DNA of 50,752 bases from an uncultured Rhodospirillaceae bacterium. GTDB lineage: Bacteria; Pseudomonadota; Alphaproteobacteria; UBA8366; GCA-2717185. The DNA lies in the NCBI GenBank assembly GCA_913044215.1, contig CAJWOT010000001.1, positions 1-50,752 on the forward strand. Direction: 5' to 3'. A program made the position numbers and the translations under genes. The notes under the pieces were generated by a model, which did not search any database, was not told the origin of the DNA, and saw nothing but the letters and a program-made list of their open reading frames with translations. Numbering within the stretch: the first letter of the stretch is position 1; each line of letters opens with the position of its first letter. This document shows positions 1 to 9,174 of this stretch, piece by piece.

Positions 1-148
1 GACGGACAGGGAAAGTGAAATCCGCTGTTCAGAAGGGAGGTGATACCGTCCGACGTCATCGGCGTGCTCGACCCCGAATGCTATCGCTGCCGCGGATGGC
101 AGCGCCGTTTTCATTGTCGAAAAGGGCCTAAAAAAGCGACGAATTGGA

Positions 149-647
149 TCAGTGGGCGAGGTAGACGAGGGTCAAATCGTCTCCTAGGAGAATGGCGGTT
201 TCCACCTCGAACTCAGCGTGCAGTGTCTCTATGGGCTTTGCATAGTCCGATTTGATCGCTGACTCGATCAACGTTGCGACGCCTTCCTGAAAAAGCGGCG
301 GGCCGTCTTTGCCAGGGTTTTCCAGCAGAGCATCGCTTTAAAGGAACAAGAACGAGCCGAGAGGGAAATCCACTTCCCGGTCTTCAAATCGTGTGTAGCT
401 GGATGGTGTTCAAAGCGGAGGCCACGCCATGCCCGGAGAAATCGACGAGGTAGAGCATCAACCGATCCTGATCGATGACCTTCGCACCCCAGAAATCGCC
501 GCCCAACTCGGATGACGGCTGGTAGTGCGAGTCCAATTCGCAGTCGAACGCGGTTCGAATTTCGCGCAACTCTTCTGACTGTATCGCGCCACCATTTCCC
601 GCACCAGCATAGGCGTCACCGGAAGCCGCGTCACCGCGCCCTGCCAT
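149..647 (-). pseudogene. Relic of a PP2C/SpoIIE (RsbU-like) serine phosphatase; 5'-truncated, internally deleted and frameshifted
   Basis: ORF 384..647 carries the phosphatase core 'ELGGDFWG...LYLVDFSGHGVASAL' and then stops. Hand translation further down the minus strand finds, in another frame, 'PLGSFLFL' then 'SDALLENPGKDG...GDDLTLVYLAH' with a stop at 149..151. These match the family's C-terminal blocks. The sensor N-terminus and the middle of the domain are missing. Confidence 0.55.
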
Positions 648-2845
648 TGCAGCGCGTCGTCGATAGCGGAGGCGAGCGCGGCGCCGGCAGCGTTGATGCC
701 GCCTTCACCGGCGCCTTTCAGGCCCAGCGGGTTAAGGGGGCTGGGGGCGTCTTCAGTGATTAGCACATCGATGGGCGGGACTTCAGTGGCGATCGGCAGG
801 TGATAGTCCAGCAGGGTCGCGGCCAGCGGCTCTCCGTTCGGGGTGTAGCGGAACGCTTCATGCAGTGCGCCGCCAATGCCCTGGACAAGGCCGCCGGCGA
901 GTTGGCCCTCAATCAGCATCGGGTTGACGGCCCGGCCGACATCGTAGGCGACGAGATACTTTTCGATCGTGATGCTCCCGGTCTCGGCATCGATGCAAAT
1001 GGCGGCGATATGGACGCCGTAGGGGTAATTCATGTGATTGCAGCGGAACGTGGCTTTCGCGTTGAGCTGCACGTCCAGGTCTGCCAACGTCATGCCCATC
1101 TCGGAGCCGTCGCGCCGGATCGTGCCATCAGCGAAAGCGAGGCGGTCCGGGGTGGTCTGCAGGAGCGGGGCGGCGGCCGAGAGTATTTTCGAGCGTAGTT
1201 CCACTGCCGCCTCTCGTGTGGCTTCGCCGGTCATTACGGTGACTCTCGAGGCGTGCGCGCCGTAGCCTTGCGCGATGCGGTCGGTCTGGCCGTGCACGAC
1301 GCGAAAGCGGTCGTAACCTATCCCCAGCGTATCCGCGGCGATCTGGGCGATGACGGTCTCCATGCCCTGGCCGACCGAGGCGGCGCCGGTGATGATCTCG
1401 ACCGTTCCGTCTCGCATCAGTTCGATCTGGGCCGTATCGACAGGGCCAAGTCCCGTTTTCTCTACGAACAGGGCGAGGCCAACACCGGCCAATTCACCCC
1501 GTTGGCGCCGCATCGCCGCATCATGCCGCAACCTGTCCCAATCGGCGGTCGCGAGCGCCTTGTCGAGCAATCCTTCATAGTCGCCGGAGTCCAGTATCAC
1601 CGGTACCTCCAGTGCGTCGAGCGGCCGTTCGTAGGGCATCTCTTCCGCCATGATCAGATTGCGGCGGCGCACCGTCACGGTATCCAGACCGAGGTGCGCG
1701 CCGATTGCGTCCAGCAGCCGCTCGCGCACGAAACTGGTTTCGAACCGGCCCGGGGCACGGTAGGTGGCGGCCGGGGTCTTGTTGGTCAGCCGGACATGGC
1801 CGGCGGCGCGGAAATGCGGCACACGGTAGGGACCGAGCATCAGACCCGCCGACATGTCGGCGACCCGGACCCCGTGCGTGCGGATATAGGCGCCCTGATC
1901 GTGGAAGAACGTATCGTCGATGGCCTGGATGCGGCCGTCCCCGTCGAAGGCGATCGTGATTTGGTGCTGCTGCTCGCGCGAGTGGTTGGCGGTCAGCATG
2001 TGTTCACGGCGGCTTTCGATCCATTTTACCGGACGGCCCAGCCGTAGCGCGCCGAGGCAGACCAGCAGGTCCTCCGGATAGAGCTCACCGCGGACCCCGA
2101 AACCGCCGCCGACATGGTTCTCGTGTAAATCGATGGTGGACGGGTCACGCCCCAGCATCGCTGCGAGCTGGTCCCGGTTCCAGTGCGGACGTTTGGCGGC
2201 GCCGTACATATGTAGATGGCCGCTGCCGGGATCGGTGCGGGCGAGGGCGCCGCGCGTCTCAAGCGGCACGGCAGTGTGACGGCCGATGGCGAGTTCGAGA
2301 GTGAGGCGATGATCTGCGGCGGCGATTGCCGAGTCGACGTCGCCATATTCCTTACGCACAATCGCCGGCTTGGTGTCGTGGCCCGGCGCGAATTCTTGGG
2401 GCGGTGCGCTGGCCTCAAGCAACGGTGGACGCTCTTCGATGTTCAGGATGACTTGTTCTGCCGCATCCTCCGCCGCCCAGGCTGACGTCGCGAAGACGAC
2501 AGCAACGGGCTCGCCGACATAGCGCACCATGTCGCGGGCCAGGACCGGTTGCCGGTAGGGTTCGAGGCCTAGCACCCGGGTCGCGCGAAAGGGGATCGGC
2601 GGGATCTCTGCGATGTCCGCACTCGTCCAGACGGCCTTGACGCCGGGCATGGTCGCGGCTGCCCTGGTGTCGACAGACCGGAGTGCGCCATGCGCGATAG
2701 GCGCGCGGACGACCATCATGTGACATTGATCGGGGAACGCCAGATCGGCGACGAATGTCGCGCGTCCGGTCAGCAGCGGTTCATCTTCCAGGCGGGGTAC
2801 CGCGCGTCCGATATAGGGTTGGGAGCTGCGATCCTTGTTCGCCAT
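458..2845 (-). CDS. Xanthine dehydrogenase/CoxL-family molybdopterin-binding large subunit; the 3' end runs into foreign sequence
   Basis: 795-aa ORF. The N-terminus 'YIGRAVPRLEDEPLLTGRATFVADL' and C-terminal 'NPLGLKGAGEGGINAAGAALASAIDDAL...LPVTP' are typical of the family. The last ~40 aa are low-complexity read-through overlapping the PP2C relic in another frame. Confidence 0.85.
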   Translation of the reverse strand: MANKDRSSQPYIGRAVPRLEDEPLLTGRATFVADLAFPDQCHMMVVRAPIAHGALRSVDTRAAATMPGVKAVWTSADIAEIPPIPFRATRVLGLEPYRQPVLARDMVRYVGEPVAVVFATSAWAAEDAAEQVILNIEERPPLLEASAPPQEFAPGHDTKPAIVRKEYGDVDSAIAAADHRLTLELAIGRHTAVPLETRGALARTDPGSGHLHMYGAAKRPHWNRDQLAAMLGRDPSTIDLHENHVGGGFGVRGELYPEDLLVCLGALRLGRPVKWIESRREHMLTANHSREQQHQITIAFDGDGRIQAIDDTFFHDQGAYIRTHGVRVADMSAGLMLGPYRVPHFRAAGHVRLTNKTPAATYRAPGRFETSFVRERLLDAIGAHLGLDTVTVRRRNLIMAEEMPYERPLDALEVPVILDSGDYEGLLDKALATADWDRLRHDAAMRRQRGELAGVGLALFVEKTGLGPVDTAQIELMRDGTVEIITGAASVGQGMETVIAQIAADTLGIGYDRFRVVHGQTDRIAQGYGAHASRVTVMTGEATREAAVELRSKILSAAAPLLQTTPDRLAFADGTIRRDGSEMGMTLADLDVQLNAKATFRCNHMNYPYGVHIAAICIDAETGSITIEKYLVAYDVGRAVNPMLIEGQLAGGLVQGIGGALHEAFRYTPNGEPLAATLLDYHLPIATEVPPIDVLITEDAPSPLNPLGLKGAGEGGINAAGAALASAIDDALQWQGAVTRLPVTPMLVREMVARYSQKSCAKFEPRSTANWTRTTSRHPSWAAISGVRRSSIRIG

Positions 2846-2949
2846 CGGCGGATTATGCGGGCCGGCCCTTGACGCAACAAGGCCGGGTGCGCTTCAAACG
2901 GGGCCACGCCGCCGCAAGGGCGCGGCATTCGGGACAGGATTCACAGCGC

Positions 2950-3540
2950 ATGATTATCGGTCTGACCGGCGGGATCGCCTCCGGTAAATCCACCGCGGCG
3001 GCTTATCTGGGCGAGAAAGGTGCGTCGGTGATCGATGCGGATAAGCTGGGGCACCAGGCATATGAACCGGATACGGACGCCTTCGCTCAGGTCGTGGCCG
3101 CATTCGGGCCGGAGGTGGTCGGTGCGGACGGCCAGATCGATCGCAAGGTGCTGGGCGGCAAGGTGTTCGGCGATCCGGCGGCGCTCGACCGGCTGACCGG
3201 CATCATCTGGCCCGAGATTGGGCGGCTCGCCCTGGCGGAATTCGAGGTCGCGCGTGCGGCGCGGCCTGACGCCCCCATCGTGCTGGAGGCGGCTGTCATG
3301 CTCGAAGCGGGCTGGGAACCGATGGTCGATGAGGTGTGGGTCGTCATCGTCGAGCCAGATACGGCAGTGGCGCGGGCGACGGCGCGGGACGGGGTCGAGG
3401 AAGAGGCGGTCCGCAAGCGCATCGCCGCGCAGCTTTCCAACGACGAGCGCCGCGCGAAGGCGGATATCGTCATCGACAATTCCGGCGACGAGGCCGCGCT
3501 GCTGGCGCAGCTCGATGCGCAGTGGAAGCGGACCGCGTGA
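2950..3540 (+). CDS. coaE: Dephospho-CoA kinase
   Basis: Has 'MIIGLTGGIASGKST' P-loop and full-length family similarity. The ATG at 2950 was chosen inside the longer ORF 2755..3540 because the upstream 65 aa have no similarity. Confidence 0.9.
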   Translation: MIIGLTGGIASGKSTAAAYLGEKGASVIDADKLGHQAYEPDTDAFAQVVAAFGPEVVGADGQIDRKVLGGKVFGDPAALDRLTGIIWPEIGRLALAEFEVARAARPDAPIVLEAAVMLEAGWEPMVDEVWVVIVEPDTAVARATARDGVEEEAVRKRIAAQLSNDERRAKADIVIDNSGDEAALLAQLDAQWKRTA

Positions 3541-3546
3541 CCCGCG

Positions 3547-4098
3547 TTAACGGGGTGTGAGCGGCCTGGCGTCGGATGGGGCTGGATGCTGCATTACCCG
3601 CAGCACCGTCGCGTTCATCATGTAGACGCTCATCAATGCGGTGAGCTCCATGAGTCCTTTTTCAGAGTACCGCGTTAACACCGCGTTATAAGTCTCGTCG
3701 CTGACGGCAGTGGCCTCCAGCAATTCGCGGCCGAATTGGATGATCAGCGCTTCATCCTCTGTCAGATCGTCCAAGGGCCCGTACGTGTCGACGGCGTAGA
3801 TCGCCTCCTCGCGGGTGCCTGCGGCCAGCCCCAGCTTGACATGCGCGTTCCAGATATAGGCCGCGTTCGCCGACCGCACGGCGGTGCATATCGCCAGCTC
3901 CGATTCCGCATCCGTCAGAGATGTGTGGTAGCGCAGATGCTCGACCAGGTCGGACAAGCGGGCGCCGGCCGCGCCGGCATAGGTCAGGTAGCTGCTCGGT
4001 GGCGGCATCGTCTTGCGGGTCGCTTTGATATGGCGAATGGCGGAACGGGTCTCCTCGGAAAATCCGTCCGAGTCGGTGGGAATCGGTAGGCGCGGCAT
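3547..4098 (-). CDS. Carboxymuconolactone decarboxylase (AhpD-like) family protein
   Basis: 183-aa ORF with a CMD-fold pattern ('ELAICTAVRSANAAYIWNAHVKLG'). The CxxC of peroxidase-type members is absent. It ends in TAA. Confidence 0.75.
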   Translation of the reverse strand: MPRLPIPTDSDGFSEETRSAIRHIKATRKTMPPPSSYLTYAGAAGARLSDLVEHLRYHTSLTDAESELAICTAVRSANAAYIWNAHVKLGLAAGTREEAIYAVDTYGPLDDLTEDEALIIQFGRELLEATAVSDETYNAVLTRYSEKGLMELTALMSVYMMNATVLRVMQHPAPSDARPLTPR

Positions 4099-4109
4099 GG
4101 CGTCGTCTC

Positions 4110-4973
4110 CTATTCCGGCAGGACGAAGTTCTTCGCCTGCGCTTCGTATTCGTCATAGCCCAGCGTTGCTCGCAGATCGGCCGGTTCGAGTGCACTGTCC
4201 GCAACCGCGTTGCCAGCGTTAAGCGCATCGAGGCCGGCGCGGATGCCGGCGACGGAGGGTGACAGCATGCCTGTCGGATAGGTGCCGATTTTTAGTCCCA
4301 AGGCTTCAGCCTCGGACTGCGACGGACAGGCGCGCGGAGCGCCGGGAGACAGCACGGCGAAAGACGGACGTCCGGCGGCAGCAGCGACCGCGCGTTTGAT
4401 CTCGTCATCGTCGGCCGGTGAATCCAGGAACAGGATGTCCGCACCCTCCTCGACATACATCTCGATGCGTGCGACAGCTTCGTCAATGCCCAAGGTCGGG
4501 CGGCAGTCCGTGCGCGCCATCACCATAATGCCGGAGTCTTTCGCGGCTTCGACCGCGGCGCGGATTTTCATGCGCACCTCTTCGAAGGGCAGGGCTGGTT
4601 TGCCGGCCGCCGTCAGGGCGCGCGGTGTGATCTTATCCTCGATCAGGATCGCCGCCGCACCCGCGCGGCCATAGGCGCGCACGGTGCGCTGCACGTTCAT
4701 CGCGTTGCCGTAACCATGATCGGCGTCTGCCAGGATCAGCAGGTCGGGCGCCGCGCCGTGCGCCTGGTTGAAGGAATCCATCATCTCGGCAAAGGACAGC
4801 AGGTCCAGGTCTGGGCCGCCGAGCCGGCTGGCGGCAACGCACGAGCCGGATAGGAATGCCGTCTTAAAGTCGGCCTTGATCGTCATCTTCGCTGTCAGCC
4901 CGTCCCATACGGCGGGCATGATAACAAGCCCGGGTTCGGCGAGCAGGGCGCGCAGGCGTTCCGGCGGTGTCAT
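4110..4973 (-). CDS. Isocitrate lyase/PEP mutase family protein (methylisocitrate lyase / carboxyvinyl-carboxyphosphonate phosphorylmutase-like)
   Basis: Contains 'LVIMPAVWDGLTAK...LSGS...ADADHGYGNAMNVQRTV...AAILIEDK...ARTD' motifs. Start set to the ATG at 4973 (MTPPERL). It ends in TAG. Confidence 0.85.
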   Translation of the reverse strand: MTPPERLRALLAEPGLVIMPAVWDGLTAKMTIKADFKTAFLSGSCVAASRLGGPDLDLLSFAEMMDSFNQAHGAAPDLLILADADHGYGNAMNVQRTVRAYGRAGAAAILIEDKITPRALTAAGKPALPFEEVRMKIRAAVEAAKDSGIMVMARTDCRPTLGIDEAVARIEMYVEEGADILFLDSPADDDEIKRAVAAAAGRPSFAVLSPGAPRACPSQSEAEALGLKIGTYPTGMLSPSVAGIRAGLDALNAGNAVADSALEPADLRATLGYDEYEAQAKNFVLPE

Positions 4974-5103
4974 GGCGGATATCCTCGTTGCTGTGAGTAT
5001 CCTGGGATCGTAGGCGGCAGCAGAGACCCTGTCCAATTGTCCTGTTGCATGGGACGGCGGTGGGTTGGATGTTGGTGCAGCGAGATATCCAGGAGGGACC
5101 GAC

Positions 5104-6135
5104 ATGGAATTCGACGTTAAAACCAGGGCCGACAGCTGGGATAACATTGCGCAAATGGCGCGTGATATGGAAGGTTTGGGCGCCTCCGGTCTGTTATTCA
5201 CCGAGGCAGGTCAGACTCCCTGGATGATGATGACGGCAGCGGCGATGGCGGCACCCGCGCTCGACTTGTCCACCGGCATCGCGGTGGCGTTCCCGCGCAG
5301 CCCGATGGTGACCGCGCAAATCGCGTGGGAGCTCGCAGGCAACACTAAAGGCAAGTTTCGCCTTGGGCTCGGCAGCCAGGTGAAGCCGCATATCGAGCGG
5401 CGTTATGGTGTTGCATTTGACAAGCCGGCCATGCGCATGCGCGACTACATGCTGGCGGTTCGCGCCTGCTTCACAGCGTTTCGCGGTGAAGCGCGGCTGG
5501 AGCATGACGGGCCGTTTTACAAACTGAACCTGCTGACGCCGCATTGGGCGCCGGCGCGACACGATTTCGAAGACATCAAGCTGGATATGTCTGCCGTTAA
5601 CCCGTTGATGCTCAAGGTCGCGGGGGAGGTGGCCGATGGCGTCCATGTCCACCCGATGCACTCCATCCCCTATATCGAGAAGCGCTTGATCCCGCAGGTC
5701 AGTGAAGGGGCCGCAAAGGCCGGGCGGAGTCTGGAGGATATCGATCTGATCATTCCGGTCCTGGCGGTACCTGGGGACACGCCCGAGGAGAGGGCTGCGC
5801 TGGAGCGCGAGGCGAAGGCGGCGATTGGGTTCTATGGCTCGACCCCGGTTTACGCCTTCCAGTTCGATGATCTGGGATATGAGGGGAAGCGTCAGGAGCT
5901 TGCCGAAAAACTGCGTGCCGGTGATCGGGACGGCATGATCGACCTCGTCAGCGACGAGATGCTCAACCAGTTCGGCCTCTCCGCGCGTTGGGATGACATG
6001 GCGGACCAGCTGATCGCTCGTTACAAGGGCGTCGCCAGTCGCGTCGTGATGTATTTTGCGTTGCAATCCATTGCCGCCAACCCGGCCAATCACGACAAAT
6101 GGGCGGAAATCGCGCGGGCCGTTCGCGCCGCGTAG
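5104..6135 (+). CDS. LLM-class (luciferase-like) oxidoreductase, F420/flavin-dependent type
   Basis: Full-length luciferase-like monooxygenase pattern ('FRLGLGSQVKPHIERRYG...'). Start at 5104 (MEFDV). Confidence 0.85.
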   Translation: MEFDVKTRADSWDNIAQMARDMEGLGASGLLFTEAGQTPWMMMTAAAMAAPALDLSTGIAVAFPRSPMVTAQIAWELAGNTKGKFRLGLGSQVKPHIERRYGVAFDKPAMRMRDYMLAVRACFTAFRGEARLEHDGPFYKLNLLTPHWAPARHDFEDIKLDMSAVNPLMLKVAGEVADGVHVHPMHSIPYIEKRLIPQVSEGAAKAGRSLEDIDLIIPVLAVPGDTPEERAALEREAKAAIGFYGSTPVYAFQFDDLGYEGKRQELAEKLRAGDRDGMIDLVSDEMLNQFGLSARWDDMADQLIARYKGVASRVVMYFALQSIAANPANHDKWAEIARAVRAA

Positions 6136-6211
6136 ATTTAGGCGTTAAGGCTGTCATTGTATTCGCGGCGGTGATGTTCTCGAGCCGCGTGTAAAGAGAT
6201 GGGGGCTGGTG

Positions 6212-7852
6212 ATGGAATATTATGACCTGGGAAGCTACGGGCGACCCGTGACGACCTCATCCGCCGAGGCGCAGACATGGTTCGATCGCGGCTTGGTCTG
6301 GTTGTACGGCTACAATCACGAGGAAGCGATCGTCTGTTTCGAAAAGGCGATCGAATACGATGCCAATTGTGCGATGGCGCATTGGGGTGTCGCCTACGCG
6401 ATCGGTCCGAACTACAACAAACCCTGGGACGACTTCGAACCCGATGAGAAGCCGGAAGCCCTGACTTTGGCACAGAACGCCGTCACGGCAGCCCTGGCGC
6501 AAATCGATGCCGTCACGCCCGTCGAACGCGCGTTGATCGAAGCGCTGCAGAAACGCTATCCGGACAACGCGGATGTCGCCTCATTCGATCATTGGCATGA
6601 CGCTTACGCCGGTGCGATGCGAAGCGTGCACAAGGCACATGGAGACGAGCTGGATGTCGCGGCACTGTTCGCAGAAGCGATCATGAACCGCACGCCGTGG
6701 GCCTTGTGGGATTTGCAGACAGGGCAGCCAGCGGTGGGGGCCGATACGCTGGAAGCCATAGCTGTCCTGGAAGGCGCGTTCGACTCTCTTGACGGTGCGT
6801 GGAGCCATCCGGGTCTGTTGCACATGTACATTCATCTGATGGAAATGTCGCCGCATCCGGAGCGTGCGCTTCGCCATGGCGATAGGCTGAGCAGCCTCGT
6901 GCCGGACGCCGGCCATTTACTCCACATGGCGACCCACATAGACGTCCTGTGCGGCGAGTATGAGAATGTGGTGGCCCGCAATGCGCGGGGTATCGAAGCG
7001 GACCGCAAATTCCTGGAAAGGGCAGGGGCCGATAACTTCTACACGCTGTATCGCTGTCACAATTATCACTTCAAAATTTACGGAGCGATGTTTCTGGGAC
7101 AACCGGGACCGGCACTGTCGACGGCCGACGAACTGATCGAAACGCTTGAGGGTGTTGTCGCAGGGCCGATGGCGGACTGGCTTGAAGGTTTCGTGCCGAT
7201 GAAGCAGCACGTGCTGATCCGCTTCGGAATGTGGGAACAGATCCTGGCGCAGCCTCTGCCCGAAGACGAAGCGCTTTATTGCGTGACAACGGCGATGATG
7301 CGCTATGCCCGCTCGGTCGCCTGCTCCAACACGGACGACATCGAGAGTGCCAAGGCTGAGCGCGATGCCTTCCTTGCCGCGCGGGGTCGCGTCCCCGAGT
7401 CACGCATGCTGTTCAATAACTCGTGCCGTGACATCCTCGCCGTGGCCGAACAGATGTTGTTGGGGGAGTTGGCGTATCGAGAAGGCAATCATGACATAGC
7501 CTTCGATCACCTGCGCCAGTCGGTCGAATTGGACGATAACCTGCCCTATGACGAGCCCTGGGGATGGATGCAGCCGACCCGGCATGCATTGGGGGCGCTG
7601 TTGTTGGAGCAGGGCCGGCTCGATGAAGCCGAAACTGTCTACCGGGCCGACCTCGGTCTCGACGCAACGCTGAGCCGCGCCTGCCAGCATCCCCGAAACC
7701 TATGGAGCCTGCATGGACTTCACGAGTGCCTAACCCGCCGGGGTGAAACCGCAGAGGTGGTGCACGTGAAATTGCTGTTGGATCAGGCTGTCGCGCGCGC
7801 GGATGTTCCGGTGCACGCCTCTTGCTTCTGCCGGCAAAAGGCCGCGGCCTGA
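6212..7852 (+). CDS. Tetratricopeptide-repeat protein of unknown function
   Basis: 546-aa ORF with TPR-like helices ('EEAIVCFEKAIEYDANCAMAHWGVAYA', 'GRLDEAETVYRADL'). The ATG at 6212 follows a G-rich RBS. Confidence 0.7.
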   Translation: MEYYDLGSYGRPVTTSSAEAQTWFDRGLVWLYGYNHEEAIVCFEKAIEYDANCAMAHWGVAYAIGPNYNKPWDDFEPDEKPEALTLAQNAVTAALAQIDAVTPVERALIEALQKRYPDNADVASFDHWHDAYAGAMRSVHKAHGDELDVAALFAEAIMNRTPWALWDLQTGQPAVGADTLEAIAVLEGAFDSLDGAWSHPGLLHMYIHLMEMSPHPERALRHGDRLSSLVPDAGHLLHMATHIDVLCGEYENVVARNARGIEADRKFLERAGADNFYTLYRCHNYHFKIYGAMFLGQPGPALSTADELIETLEGVVAGPMADWLEGFVPMKQHVLIRFGMWEQILAQPLPEDEALYCVTTAMMRYARSVACSNTDDIESAKAERDAFLAARGRVPESRMLFNNSCRDILAVAEQMLLGELAYREGNHDIAFDHLRQSVELDDNLPYDEPWGWMQPTRHALGALLLEQGRLDEAETVYRADLGLDATLSRACQHPRNLWSLHGLHECLTRRGETAEVVHVKLLLDQAVARADVPVHASCFCRQKAAA

Positions 7853-7940
7853 CGCCGCACATATTCCGGTTCCGTGGCGGCGATGGATACTGGATGCTAG
7901 GGTCGCCGCCACTTTCAAACATGCAAAGGACAAGTGCGCC

Positions 7941-8735
7941 ATGAGCGAGCAACCTGTGCTCACCGATATCGACGCGCGCGGTGTCGCGACCGTCACCCTG
8001 AATCGGCCCCACCGAAACAATGCCTACAATGATGCCATGATCCAAGGCTTGCTCGACGCCGTTGGGACTTTGGCGGCGGACGAATCCGTTCGCGTTATCG
8101 TTTTCAGGGGCAATGGCAACTACTTCCAGGCTGGTGCCGATCTGAAATGGATGAACGACCTGTCGAAGAAGGCACTCGACACCAATTTGGCGATGTCTAC
8201 CATCACGACCGATGCGGTCCGCCATCTGAACACCTGTGCAAAGCCAACATTGGCATTGGTGCATGGCGGTTGCTTCGGTGGCGGTATTGGCATGATGGCG
8301 GCATGTGATATCGCGATCGCGTCGGAAGAGGCACAGTTCTCCATCACCGAAGTCCGTTGGGGATTGGTCGCAGGGCCGATCATTCCGCAGCTATGCGACG
8401 CGATGGGTATGCGGGCGCTGCGGCGCTATGCGCTTACGGCAGAACGGTTCGATCCAACGGTGGCGAAGGCGTGCGGATTGATCCACGAAATCTGCCCGAC
8501 CGGCGAGCTCGACACGGCCGCGGCACCGATCATCGACGCTTTGTTGAAATGCAGCCCAAGCGCAATCGCCGAGACCAAGGATATGATTCTGCGCACCGCG
8601 TCGCATGAGGTCGATGATCATACAGCCCCGGGTATCGCCTTGGCGCATGCATTGCGGCGCCGCACGGAAGATGGCGTGGAAGGGCTGGCGAGCTTCAATG
8701 AACGGCGTGAAGCGTCCTGGTATCCAGGTAAATAA
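7941..8735 (+). CDS. Enoyl-CoA hydratase/isomerase (crotonase) family protein
   Basis: Has 'VATVTLNRPHRNNAYN...FRGNGNYFQAGADL...GGCFGGGIGMMAACDIAIAS' oxyanion-hole motifs. Start at 7941 (MSEQP). Confidence 0.85.
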   Translation: MSEQPVLTDIDARGVATVTLNRPHRNNAYNDAMIQGLLDAVGTLAADESVRVIVFRGNGNYFQAGADLKWMNDLSKKALDTNLAMSTITTDAVRHLNTCAKPTLALVHGGCFGGGIGMMAACDIAIASEEAQFSITEVRWGLVAGPIIPQLCDAMGMRALRRYALTAERFDPTVAKACGLIHEICPTGELDTAAAPIIDALLKCSPSAIAETKDMILRTASHEVDDHTAPGIALAHALRRRTEDGVEGLASFNERREASWYPGK

Positions 8736-8754
8736 TTACGCGGAGGAGAAATAA

Positions 8755-9159
8755 ATGACGTTGGAGGTCGGGAAGGAATCGATCGATATCGGAATCGTCG
8801 TGCGCGATATCAAGGCCGCGCTTAGGTTCTATAGGGATACGATCGGGCTCGAATATGAAGCGGAGATGCCGGCGGGCGGTGGGCGCATGCATCGTCTCAT
8901 GTGTGGATCGACGGTCGTAAAATTGGTTATTCACGATCAGGTGCCGGACCGAGCCGACAATGCCGGCGGACCGCTCGGGGCGTCCGGCATAAGGTACTGG
9001 ACGATCACTGTGACGGACCTGCAGGCGATAACCGACAAATGCCGCGAGGCCGGTTACACGGTCGCGGTCGAACCGCGGGATGTCCGGCCCGGTGTGCGTA
9101 TTTCGATGGTCGAGGACCCGGACGGAAACTGGGTCGAGTTCCTTGAAAATTCGGCGTAA
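8755..9159 (+). CDS. VOC (glyoxalase/bleomycin resistance/dioxygenase) family protein
   Basis: 134 aa, with 'IDIGIVVRDIKAALRFYRDTIGL...MVEDPDGNWVEF'. A strong GGAGGAG RBS lies upstream. Confidence 0.85.
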   Translation: MTLEVGKESIDIGIVVRDIKAALRFYRDTIGLEYEAEMPAGGGRMHRLMCGSTVVKLVIHDQVPDRADNAGGPLGASGIRYWTITVTDLQAITDKCREAGYTVAVEPRDVRPGVRISMVEDPDGNWVEFLENSA

Positions 9160-9174
9160 GGGAGACCAAACGCG

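Noticed and set aside
1-114. Possible minus-strand gene start (ATG at 114, 'MKTALPSAAAIAFGVEHADD...') running off the left edge
   Set aside because: Only 38 codons are visible, with no RBS and no recognisable family. That is too little evidence to call.
40-255. 71-aa plus-strand ORF at the window start
   Set aside because: It is Arg/Gly-rich and lies antisense to the phosphatase relic's C-terminal blocks. No support.
5194-6093. 299-aa minus-strand ORF
   Set aside because: It lies antisense to the LLM gene 5104..6135, which has clear family similarity. The antisense product shows no motif.
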